Shown here: positions 27,373-36,124 of the stretch, in pieces | Position numbering within the stretch: position 1 is the first letter of the stretch | Layout of the letters: each line of letters starts with the position of its first letter | Assembly: GCA_963812335.1 (NCBI GenBank) | Contig: CAWEUU010000007.1 | Coordinates: 19,682 to 83,681 of the forward strand | From: an uncultured Solirubrobacterales bacterium | GTDB taxonomy: Bacteria; Actinomycetota; Thermoleophilia; Solirubrobacterales; 70-9 | Direction: 5' to 3' | DNA: 64,000 nucleotides | Notes under the pieces: generated by a model | The model's database searches: none | Told to the model about the DNA's origin: nothing | Seen by the model: the letters and a program-made list of their open reading frames with translations, nothing else | Translations under genes and position numbers: made by a program

Positions 27373-28149
27373 ATGGATAGCGGCTGCGTCTTCTGTGGTC
27401 GAACGCCGGTCTCTCGGGAGCACCTGTGGCCAGATTGGCTGCGGCGAGAGGCCGCGATCAGCGAGCGGTTCGATCACCGGATTGAGCAGGAGGCGGACGG
27501 TCTTGAGACGCGGGATGTGGAGTTCAGCACACCGCCGTTCAACCAGGTCGTAAAGGCCGTCTGCGCGCCGTGCAACGGGGGTTGGATGTCGAGCATCGAG
27601 GCCGGTGCCAAGCCGATCTTGCAGGACTTGGTCTATGCGCGCGGGTGCACTCTAGACATGGATGAGCAGCGCAGACTTGCGACCTGGGCATTCCTGAAGG
27701 TGTGCGTCTTCGATGAGCTCCACCCGCAGGAGCGAGTGGTGCCTGCGGAGCATCGCCGTCGTTTCTTCACGTACCGGCAGCCGCCCGCGGCGGGCGTCGC
27801 GATCTGGCTGGGCACATACGAGGCGCTCGAGGTCGGGCACTACGCCTACCAGGGACTCAGGATCGGACGTCAAGGACTACCGGAACCGGAGGAGCCGAAT
27901 ATCTACGTAGTCACGATCACCATGGGAGCGCTGATCGTCCAAATCGCCGGCAGCCTGCTCCCAGGCCTTCGTGTCGATGATGTCCCATACCCGCCCGAGT
28001 TGCACCTCGCCAAGATCTGGCCCAGAACACGCGACAGCGAGGCATTGCCACAAGACCACGTCATGAACCACGACACGCTTGTGGGCTTTACAAAGATGCT
28101 CTACAACGTGATCGGCCATATCGCCGGCGGTACTCCGCCCGCCCGATAG
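27373..28149 (+). CDS. HNH-like (HNH_5-type) zinc-finger endonuclease-domain protein
   Basis: 258 aa. N-terminus CVFCGRTPVSREHLWPDWL ... CAPCNGGW has the CxxC...EH...CxxCN layout of HNH/EndoVII nucleases. Confidence 0.55.
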   Translation: MDSGCVFCGRTPVSREHLWPDWLRREAAISERFDHRIEQEADGLETRDVEFSTPPFNQVVKAVCAPCNGGWMSSIEAGAKPILQDLVYARGCTLDMDEQRRLATWAFLKVCVFDELHPQERVVPAEHRRRFFTYRQPPAAGVAIWLGTYEALEVGHYAYQGLRIGRQGLPEPEEPNIYVVTITMGALIVQIAGSLLPGLRVDDVPYPPELHLAKIWPRTRDSEALPQDHVMNHDTLVGFTKMLYNVIGHIAGGTPPAR

Positions 28150-28385
28150 TGTCCTCTATCGCGGCGTCTGAGGCCAGCCTGCCAGAGCTCTTCGTCGAGA
28201 GGCCTACTGGATCACTGAGATCCTGCGCATGATCGCCGAGGTGCTTTTGGGATGTCGCTCAGCGCGAACGCTCCCGAGTCTCGACATAGCCGCGGCCAGA
28301 AGTTCATCGGCCACGGATCTGCTCTGGATCTGGCATGCAAATGGCATGCAACCGTCTGAAATCCCACTTCTCATGCCAAGTTGAA

Positions 28386-28401
28386 CCGGGCGCCCCGATT
28401 G
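28386..28401 (+). repeat. attR-like direct repeat
   Basis: CCGGGCGCCCCGATTG is identical to the tRNA-Pro 3' end at 19794-19809. Flanks are also similar (GTTGAA versus GTTCAAAT; GCAGC follows in both). Confidence 0.65.
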
Positions 28402-28422
28402 CAGCGACCGACCGAAGGCAGC

Positions 28423-28995
28423 TCAGAGGCCGAGATCGCGGACGCCGCGCTCGTCCCAGCCGAGGTGGTGGGCGATCTCGTGGCGGACCGTGCGCTCGAC
28501 CTGGGCCCGCAGCAGCTCGGGGTCGTGGCCGAAGTCGCGCTCCAGCGTGTCGCGGTAGATGACGATGTGGTCCCGGTAGTCGTCGCGGGCGACGGTGTCG
28601 CCGATGTAGTGGCCGTAGGCGCGGTGCAGGCGGCCGAGATGGGAGACAACGATAGGGATCCCCTCGACGACCTCGCGCAGGTCCTCCGGCAGGCTGTCAA
28701 TCGCCGCCACGACCAGCTCGTCGAACTCGCTCAGCGGCTGCTCGGGCGGTGGCAGCCTGGCCAACGCTTCGCTGCGATCGGAAAGGCGGCGGAACTCGCG
28801 CTCGGGCATCTCGTCGCCGAGCAGCATCACCGTCACCCAAGCGGTGATCAGGACGACCGCGGCGATGCCGGCGAGCAGCGCCAACAGGTCGCCGATACCC
28901 CCGAACGAGGGCGGGTGGAGCAGCAGCATCGCCAGCCCGACGATGAACGCGGTCAGCGCACCTGCACGCAGGGGTGGCCCTAGCGTCTCCTTCAT
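28423..28995 (-). CDS. zinc metallopeptidase (Zincin_1/DUF1025-like) with N-terminal TM segments
   Basis: 190 aa with a C-terminal HEIAHHLGWDE HExxH motif. Confidence 0.75.
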   Translation of the reverse strand: MKETLGPPLRAGALTAFIVGLAMLLLHPPSFGGIGDLLALLAGIAAVVLITAWVTVMLLGDEMPEREFRRLSDRSEALARLPPPEQPLSEFDELVVAAIDSLPEDLREVVEGIPIVVSHLGRLHRAYGHYIGDTVARDDYRDHIVIYRDTLERDFGHDPELLRAQVERTVRHEIAHHLGWDERGVRDLGL

Positions 28996-29036
28996 ACACC
29001 GAGGGTAGACGCAGCGGGTTGTAGGCTCAGCGGGCC

Positions 29037-29543
29037 TTGGACACGATCGACGAGCTGATCGAGAACAACCAGCGCTTCGCCGACGCGCTTCCGGCCGCGC
29101 ACCTCGACGTCAGGCCCAGCCGTCGGCTGGCGGTCGTCACCTGCATGGACTCGCGCCTCGACGTCTTTGCGGCGCTCGGCCTCGGCGATGGCGAGGCCCA
29201 TGTCCTGCGCAATGCGGGAGGGGTGATCACCGACGACGTGATCCGCTCGCTCGCGGTCTCCCAGCGCCGGCTCGGCACCCGCGAGACGATGCTGATCCAC
29301 CACACCGATTGCGGCATGCAGAAGCTGAGCGACGACGGCTTCCGCGCCGAGCTGCAGGAGGCCACCGGAGTCGCGCCGGCGTTCGCGATCGAGTCCTTCG
29401 CCGACGTCGAGGCGGACCTGCGACAGTCGATCCTGCGGGTCCGCAACTCGCCCTTCCTCGCCCACCGCGAGATCGTGCGCGGCTTCGTCTACGACGTCGA
29501 CACCCACCGTCTGCGCGAGGTCACGGTCGCGGACGGCCCGTAG
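29037..29543 (+). CDS. beta-class carbonic anhydrase
   Basis: 168 aa with VVTCMDSRLD and IHHTDCGM zinc-ligand motifs. Confidence 0.9.
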   Translation: MDTIDELIENNQRFADALPAAHLDVRPSRRLAVVTCMDSRLDVFAALGLGDGEAHVLRNAGGVITDDVIRSLAVSQRRLGTRETMLIHHTDCGMQKLSDDGFRAELQEATGVAPAFAIESFADVEADLRQSILRVRNSPFLAHREIVRGFVYDVDTHRLREVTVADGP

Positions 29544-29546
29544 CGC

Positions 29547-30943
29547 TCAGACCGACTCTGCGAGCAGGCGGACGCCGCGCTCGATCGCCGGCTCGGAGAG
29601 GTTGGCGAAGCCGAGCACCAGACCGGGACGCCCGGCAGGCGCGAAGCGGTGCAGTGAGAGGCCGTCGAGGCCCACCCCACGACCGGCCGCAGCGGCAACG
29701 AGGCCCGACTCGTCGGTGCCCCCTGGCAGTTCGACCAGCTCATAGAGGCCGGCGGCTCCGGCGCCGGCCCGGGCCTGCGGCAGGTGGCGCGCCAGCGCCC
29801 CGAGTAGGGCCGCGCGACGGTGCTGGTAGCGCAGACGGGTGCGCCGGATGTGGCGGTCGAGCTCGCCGCGTTCGATGAAGTCGTGCAGGGCGAGCTGGCC
29901 CACCGCCTCCGAGCCACCGTCCTCGACCGCCTTCGCCTGGATCAGCGGCCAGGCCAGCCAGGAGGGCAGCAGCACCCAGCCGAGCCGCATGCCCGGCGTC
30001 AGCCGCTTGCTCGCCGATCCGACGTAGGCGACCCGGTCCGGCGCCAGTCCCTGGAGGGCGCCGAGCCCGGCGCCGTCGTAGCGGTACTCGGCGTCGTAGT
30101 CGTCCTCGATGATCAGCCGCTCGCCCTCTTCCGCCCACTCGACCAGCGCCGCCCGCCGCTCGCGGCTGAGCACCGCCCCGGTCGGGAACTGGTGCGCGGG
30201 GGTGACGACCACGGCGCTCGGCCCGCGTGGCCTCGAGCGCATCGACCTGGATTCCGGCGGCATCGACCGGAACCGGCGCCACCGCCAGCCCCGCCGCTTC
30301 GACGATCAGGACGGTGCGTGTGCCAGCCGGGGTCCTCGAGCGCCACCCGCTCGACCCCGCGCGCCGCCAACCAGCGGCAGATCAGCGAGAAGGCCTGTGC
30401 GAAGCCGGTGCTGATCATCGTCTGCTCGGGCTCGGCGGCGACGCCGCGCACGCGGCCGAGATAGCCCGCAAGCGCCTCACGCAAGACGGGGACACCGCGG
30501 GGATCGGGGTAGCCGACGGCGTCGATCGGCGCCTGCCGCCAAGCTGCCCGCAGCGAGCGCAACCAGCGATCGCGGGGGAAGCCGGCAAGATCGGGCAGCC
30601 CTGGATGGAAGTGATACGGAAAGCTGGGCAGCATCGAGCGCGCCGGCGGTCGCTCCGCGGCCGCACGCACCGTGCGCGCCACCCGCACCGGCGCGCCCTG
30701 GCGGCTGCCGCGGTAGCCATCGGCGACGAGCTGACCGTAGGCCTCGCTGACGACGCCGCGCGAGACTCCCAGCTCCCTGGCCAGCGCCCTGCTCGAGGGC
30801 AGTGCCGCCCCGGCGGCGAGACGACCCGCCTGGATCCCCTCCCTGATCGAGCTCTCGATCTGCTCGTGTAAGGGCAGCTCGCTCTCGCGCCGCAGCTCGA
30901 CCAGCATGCCCGGTCCGCCAACTGGACCTTTTGAATACGCCAT
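29547..30943 (-). pseudogene. MocR-type GntR-HTH / PLP aminotransferase-fold regulator, two frameshifts
   Basis: Three track ORFs in three frames read through as HTH (LPSSRALARELGVSRGVVSEAY), ...VALEDPGWHTH | LIVEAAGLAVAPVPVDAAGIQVDALEATRA | AVVVTPAHQFPTG...SASKRLTPGMRLGW. Shifts lie near 30305-30312 and 30215-30225. Confidence 0.75.
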
Positions 30944-31010
30944 TACTGGAACTGTATATCGAGCCAGTCGCAGCCTAGAGTGAATCCCTCCACCGCAGCA
31001 GGAGGACGTT

Positions 31011-32203
31011 ATGGAGCAGCACAGCGGCAAAAACGGCAAATCGACGATCGCGATCGTCGGCGGCGGCCTGGCCGGCCTGACCGCGGCTATCGCCTGTTCG
31101 GAGAGCGGGCCGCAAGGTGCGCCTGCTTGAGGCGCACGATGCACTCGGCGGGCGCGCCCGCGCCAAGGCCGGCCCCTACAAGGCCAACCTCGGCCCCCAC
31201 GTCATCTACAAGGACGGCCCCTTCTGGGACTGGCTCGCGGAGCGCGACCTGCTGCCCGCCTACGCGGGCCCGCCGCTCTCCGGCATCCGCTTCCGCTGGC
31301 AGGGCAGGGCGCGGCGCATGCCGCCGCTCGGCAGCGTCCCCGCAGTGCTGCGCCTGCGGGGCCGCGAGGCGCCCGTCGACGTCGACTTCCGCAGCTGGGT
31401 CAGGGCCCACAGCGACGAGCGCACCGCGGCGATGCTCTCGGCCGCCGCCGGCGTCTACACCTTCCACCACGACCCCGGCGAGCTCTCCGCCGCGTTCGTC
31501 TGGCGGCACTCGGTGCGGGTTCTGCTCAGTCCCCCGCCGACCGCGCGCTACCTGATCGGTGGCTGGAGATCGCTTGTCGACACGCTGGAGGCACGCGTGC
31601 GGGCGCTCGGGGTCGAGGTTGAGACCGGGCACAACGTCACGGCTCTGCCCGGCGGCCCGACGATCGTCGCCACTGAGCTTGACACCGCTCGCACCCTGCT
31701 CGGCGACCGACTCGCTCGTCTGGCCCAGCGGCAACACCCTCTGCCTCGACCTCGGTCTGCGCCGTCGCCGCAGCGACCCTTTCGTCGTCTCCGACCTCGA
31801 CCAGGCCGGCTGGCTCGAGCGCTTCAGCGCCGCCGACCCCTCACTCGCACCCGCGGGCGAGGAGCTGGTCCAAGCCCAGCTGCCGCTGCGGCCCGGTGAG
31901 GGCGCCGAGGCCGCGGCGCTGCGCCTCGACCGGCTGATCGACGCCTCGCTGCCCGAGTGGCGCGAGCGCGAGACCTGGCGGCGGCGGCAGCTGATGACCG
32001 CGCGCACGGGACCGCTCGATTACCCCGGCAAGACTTGGCGTGACCGCCCGGCGATCGATCGCGGCGGCGGCGTCTTCCTCGCCGGCGACATGGTCGCCGC
32101 GCCCGGGCTGCTCTCCGAGGTCTCCTGGGCGAGCGCGGTCGAGGCGGCGGAGCTCGCGGCTGCCGCTAGCTCACCGCGTCGATCGCCCGCTCTATCCGGT
32201 TGA
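31011..32203 (+). pseudogene. FAD-dependent oxidoreductase (amine-oxidase / phytoene-desaturase-like), two frameshifts
   Basis: GGAGGA upstream. MEQHSGKNGKSTIAIVGGGLAGLTAAIACSESG then stops at 31128. It continues in another frame as KVRLLEAHDALGGRA..., and shifts again near 31708 to DSLVWPSGNTLCLDLGL...GGVFLAGD. Confidence 0.65.
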
Positions 32204-32885
32204 GCCGCGGATTGTCCTGCAGTGTCCGGGTCCCCCCGGGCCCGGTGACGATCATCGCCTGCCCGACCCGGATGCCGAGCCCGCGGCCGAGCTCTTCGTA
32301 GCCTTCCAGCCGCTCGGCCAGCGCGTCGCCGCGCTGGTCGAGCGTCGCCTGCCACTCTTCGAGGTCGAGCTCGCCGATCGAACCCGCCAGCGAGGCCATC
32401 AGGCGGTCTCCGATCCCGAATCGCTCGGCCTCTTTCTGATTGACGAAGAAGAGGTAGGTGTACTGCCAGCCGTAGCCCTGCTCGGCCGCCGCCTCGGCGC
32501 CGAAGAAGCCGAGCTCGGTCGGGTTGGCGGCGATCGAGTAGTGGCGCATCAGCAGCTTCGCCTCCCCCGGGCGCACGTAGTCTTCGACCAGGGCGGGGAT
32601 CGTGGTCAGGAAATCGTCGCGACAGTTGCCGCACTGGAGGTCGTTGAAGACCTGGACCGAGACCGGCGCGTCGGCCGATCCGAGCCGGTCCCCTTCCTGC
32701 GGGATCCCACCGAAGAGGCGCTGGGCGCTGGCGATGCCGTTGACACGCACGACTTCGCGACCGGCCTCCTTGGTCGAAAGGTCGACGATCACGTAACCGA
32801 GCGCCAGGAGCGCCAGGCCGAGCAGGAGAATCACCCGCAGGCGACCCCGTCTGGGCAGCGGCGTTGCAGCGGCTTCAGACACCAC
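32166..32885 (-). CDS. DsbA-like thiol:disulfide oxidoreductase, membrane-anchored
   Basis: 239 aa with an N-terminal TM helix and a FNDLQCGNC thioredoxin-fold CxxC motif. Confidence 0.75.
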   Translation of the reverse strand: MVSEAAATPLPRRGRLRVILLLGLALLALGYVIVDLSTKEAGREVVRVNGIASAQRLFGGIPQEGDRLGSADAPVSVQVFNDLQCGNCRDDFLTTIPALVEDYVRPGEAKLLMRHYSIAANPTELGFFGAEAAAEQGYGWQYTYLFFVNQKEAERFGIGDRLMASLAGSIGELDLEEWQATLDQRGDALAERLEGYEELGRGLGIRVGQAMIVTGPGGTRTLQDNPRLNRIERAIDAVS

Positions 32886-32909
32886 TGCATTATCACTAGA
32901 CTTCGCCGC

Positions 32910-34694
32910 GTGGAGGAGCGGGGAACCAAATCAGCCACGCTTGCCGACCTGCTGCCGCGAGCCGCGAAGCAGTACGGCGAGGCGCCGGCGATCAAGTTCA
33001 AGGACGGTGGCCAGTGGGTCACGCGCAGCTTCTCCGAGGTCGAGTCGACCGTGCGCGACCTCGCCCTCGGCCTGGTCGACCTCGGCGTTGCCAAGGGCGA
33101 CAAGGTCTCGATCCTCGCCAACACGCGCCCCGAGTGGACCTGGTTCGACTTCGCCGCGCTCTCGATCGGCGCCACCGTCGTGCCGATCTACCAGACCAAC
33201 TCGCCGGAGGAGTGCCAGTACGTGCTCGAGAACTCCGACGCCAAGGTCGTCGTGGTCGAGGACGACGAACAGCTGGAGAAGATCCGCAAGGTGCGCGAGC
33301 AGCTGCCGCTGCTGGAGCAGGTCGTGCGGATGACCGGGTCCAGCGAGGACGCGATCTCCCTTGAGGATCTGAGCGCGCGCGGCGCCGGCCGCGACGCCGC
33401 CGAGTGGGAGCGGCGCTGGAGCGCGGTGACTCCGGAGGACATCTGCACCTTCATCTACACCTCGGGCACGACCGGGCCGCCGAAGGGCTGCGTGATCTCA
33501 CACGGCAACTACCGGGCGATGCTCGACATGGTGAACCAGACCAGCGTCATCGAGCCCGAAGACGTCACCTACCTCTACCTGCCACTCGCCCACTCCTTCG
33601 CCCTGCTGATCCAACTCGGCAGCTTCGACCTCGGCGCGACGATCGCCTACTGGGAGCGTGATCCGCTGAAGATCATGCCCAACATGGCCGAACTGAAACC
33701 GACCTACTTCCCCTCGGTGCCGCGGATCTTCGAGAAGATCTACACGACCGCGACCAGCGCGATGGAGAAAGAGGGCGGCCTCAAAAAGGCGATCTTCGAC
33801 TGGTCGATCCGCACCGGGGTCAAGGCGCGCAAGCTCGAACGCGAAGGGCGCAAGCCGGGCTTCCTGCTGCGCAAGCAGTACGGGTTCGCCGACAAGAAAG
33901 TGCTGTCGAAAATCCGCGGCCTGTTCGGCGGCCGGCTGCGGCTCGCGGTCTCCGGCGCAGCGCCGATCAACCCCGACATCCTGCGCTTCTTCGACGCCGC
34001 CGGGGTGCTCGTGCTGGAGGGCTGGGGAATGACCGAGACCTCGACCGCAGCGACGATCTCGACCCCCGACGACTTCAAGATCGGCACGATCGGCAAGCCC
34101 TTCCCGGGCTGCGAGGTGAGGATCGCCGAGGACGACGAGATCCTCGTCAAGGGCCCCAACGTCTTCCAGGGCTACTACAAGAACGAGCAGGCGACCGAAG
34201 AGACGATCGTTGACGGTTGGCTGCACACCGGCGACCTCGGCTCGGTCGACGAGGACGGCTTCATCACGATCACCGGCCGCAAAAAGGACATCATCATCAC
34301 CGCCGGTGGCAAGAACATCACCCCGGCCAACCTCGAGAACGAGATCAAGCAGCACCCGCTGGTCTCTCAGTGCGTCGTCGTCGGCGACCGCCGGCCCTAC
34401 CTGGTCGGCCTCGTCACCCTCGACCCCGAAGAGTCGGTCGCCTACGCCAAGGAGCATGAGCTGCCGGAGGACCCGCGGCAGCTCGCCGGCAACAGCGAGG
34501 TCCGCGCCGCGATCGAGGCGCACCTGGCCGAGGTCAACGAGAAGTTCGCCCGCGTCGAGCAGGTCAAGAAGATCGCGATCCTGCCCCGTGACCTGACTCA
34601 GGAAGACGGCGAGCTGACGCCGACGATGAAGGTCAAGCGCGCGGTCGTCGCCGAGAAGCACCAGGGCGAGATCGAGCAGCTCTACGCCGGCTGA
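32910..34694 (+). CDS. long-chain fatty-acid--CoA ligase (AMP-dependent synthetase)
   Basis: GTG at 32910 within track ORF 32040..34694. YTSGTTGPPKG AMP-binding motif and TGDLG...GRKKD. The upstream part of the track ORF is antisense to the DsbA-like gene. Confidence 0.85.
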   Translation: MEERGTKSATLADLLPRAAKQYGEAPAIKFKDGGQWVTRSFSEVESTVRDLALGLVDLGVAKGDKVSILANTRPEWTWFDFAALSIGATVVPIYQTNSPEECQYVLENSDAKVVVVEDDEQLEKIRKVREQLPLLEQVVRMTGSSEDAISLEDLSARGAGRDAAEWERRWSAVTPEDICTFIYTSGTTGPPKGCVISHGNYRAMLDMVNQTSVIEPEDVTYLYLPLAHSFALLIQLGSFDLGATIAYWERDPLKIMPNMAELKPTYFPSVPRIFEKIYTTATSAMEKEGGLKKAIFDWSIRTGVKARKLEREGRKPGFLLRKQYGFADKKVLSKIRGLFGGRLRLAVSGAAPINPDILRFFDAAGVLVLEGWGMTETSTAATISTPDDFKIGTIGKPFPGCEVRIAEDDEILVKGPNVFQGYYKNEQATEETIVDGWLHTGDLGSVDEDGFITITGRKKDIIITAGGKNITPANLENEIKQHPLVSQCVVVGDRRPYLVGLVTLDPEESVAYAKEHELPEDPRQLAGNSEVRAAIEAHLAEVNEKFARVEQVKKIAILPRDLTQEDGELTPTMKVKRAVVAEKHQGEIEQLYAG

Positions 34695-34721
34695 GCGGCC
34701 CCACCGCTGGTGACGGCGGGC

Positions 34722-35975
34722 TCAGGAGGCTTCGCCGGGAAGCAGCGCCGCCGTGGTCTGCTCGAGCACGCGGCGCCAGGTCGAGGCCTGCCCGCCCTCC
34801 TCCTCGGAGGCGCGCTCGACCGCGCGGCGCACGCGGCGCTCGGAGATCTCCAACCCGTGGCGCTCGGCGATCTCCTTGAAGCGGTCGTAGTCCTGGGCGA
34901 GCGCTGCGGTGACCGACTCGAAGCCGTGGCGGGCGATCTGCAGCCGCCGTGAGTAGTCCATGATCGGCGTGCCGAACATCAGCTCGTCGTTGGGCTCGGG
35001 CTCGATCAGGACGATGTCGACGCCCGGGTATTTCTCCTGCCACATCTCGACCGCCTGGTGGAGCCGGGCGTGGGCGATCAGGCGGAAGGTCTGGTTGGCG
35101 ATCGCCGGCAGGCCCATGTCGGAGACCCGCTTCACCCGCGTGCCGAAGACGGTCGGGATCGTCTGCTCGAAGTCGTTGACGTAGGGGACGAGGGGGTTGA
35201 CGACGAGGATGAACTCCGCCCCCTTCTCGACCGCGATGTCGACGTTGGTGGTCGAGCGGATGCCGCCGTCGATCAGCTGGCGCCCCTTCAGGTCGACCGG
35301 CTTGTAGACGACCGGCAGCGCGGTCGAGCACTGGATCGCTTTCGAGATCGGCACGTCGTCCCAGCCCGGCTCGCCGAAGACGAGGCGCTCGCAGGTGTCG
35401 AGGTCGGTCGCGGTCAGGTAGAGCTCGTGGTCGAGCAGACGGAAGTCGTCGATGCGGCCGTTGTCGCGCAGCGATTCCTCGACGTAGTCGGCGAGGCCGG
35501 CGTTCGAGTAGAGCCCGGTCGGCAGCGCCTCGGCCAGGCCGACGCCGATGTCGATCGCCGAAAAATCCCCCATCTGCACCAACCGCCGCGCCAGCTCGGC
35601 CGTGCGTAGCGGCAGCAATGCGGCTTTCTGCAGGAAACCGAGGTAGTTGAACTTGAGCACCTTGCCCAGGTCGAGGTCCTCGAACTCGGAGGGCTCGCGC
35701 TCATTTATCACCTGCATCATCTCGTCGGGCGTGACGCCGTTTGCCAGCATCGAGGCGACGAAGGAGCCGGCGCTGGTGCCCACGTAGACGTCGAAGTTGT
35801 TGACCGTGCTGTTCACGGCCAGCAGGTCGAGTGCGCGCAGGGCACCGATCTCATAGACCCCGCCGGTAAAACCGCCGCCCCCGAGCACCAGGGCGGTCTT
35901 CGACGGTCGCTTGCGGCCTTTGCCGCGCTTGCGCCGAGTCGGGGTCTCGATGTCGACGACCTTGCCCATAAACAC
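34722..35975 (-). CDS. patatin-like phospholipase
   Basis: 417 aa with a LVLGGGGFTGG oxyanion motif and a GTSAGS nucleophile elbow. Confidence 0.85.
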   Translation of the reverse strand: MFMGKVVDIETPTRRKRGKGRKRPSKTALVLGGGGFTGGVYEIGALRALDLLAVNSTVNNFDVYVGTSAGSFVASMLANGVTPDEMMQVINEREPSEFEDLDLGKVLKFNYLGFLQKAALLPLRTAELARRLVQMGDFSAIDIGVGLAEALPTGLYSNAGLADYVEESLRDNGRIDDFRLLDHELYLTATDLDTCERLVFGEPGWDDVPISKAIQCSTALPVVYKPVDLKGRQLIDGGIRSTTNVDIAVEKGAEFILVVNPLVPYVNDFEQTIPTVFGTRVKRVSDMGLPAIANQTFRLIAHARLHQAVEMWQEKYPGVDIVLIEPEPNDELMFGTPIMDYSRRLQIARHGFESVTAALAQDYDRFKEIAERHGLEISERRVRRAVERASEEEGGQASTWRRVLEQTTAALLPGEAS

Positions 35976-35999
35976 GGATTATCCCAGAGGCGTCGGTTG

Positions 36000-36085
36000 G
36001 GCAGGTGTGAGGACCCTCTCGCCCGAACTCGCGGGCTTCGCCCGCTCTGAGTATCCGCCCGTTCGAGAGGGTCCTCACACCTGCC
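36000..36085 (+). repeat. structured repeat family 1, copy 1 (22-bp stem around a conserved 42-nt core)
   Basis: GGCAGGTGTGAGGACCCTCTCG (36000-36021) pairs perfectly with 36064-36085. The core at 36022-36063 is 41/42 identical to the reverse complement of 40994-41035. Confidence 0.7.
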
Positions 36086-36124
36086 TACCCGCTACCTTCA
36101 GCTGCCCTTGTGTTGCAGCTTGCG

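Noticed and set aside
19807-28385. Searched the island for an integrase, recombinase, excisionase or CRISPR array.
   Set aside because: No frame shows tyrosine- or serine-recombinase motifs. No regularly spaced repeats were seen anywhere in the window. Only the IS481-type DDE transposase pseudogene is present.
28335-28562. 75-aa plus-strand ORF crossing attR.
   Set aside because: It is R/G-rich, runs antisense into the metallopeptidase gene and spans the island boundary.
32040-32909. 290-codon N-terminal extension of the acyl-CoA synthetase ORF.
   Set aside because: It is antisense to the DsbA-like gene and has degenerate composition. The GTG at 32910 gives a normal 594-aa enzyme.
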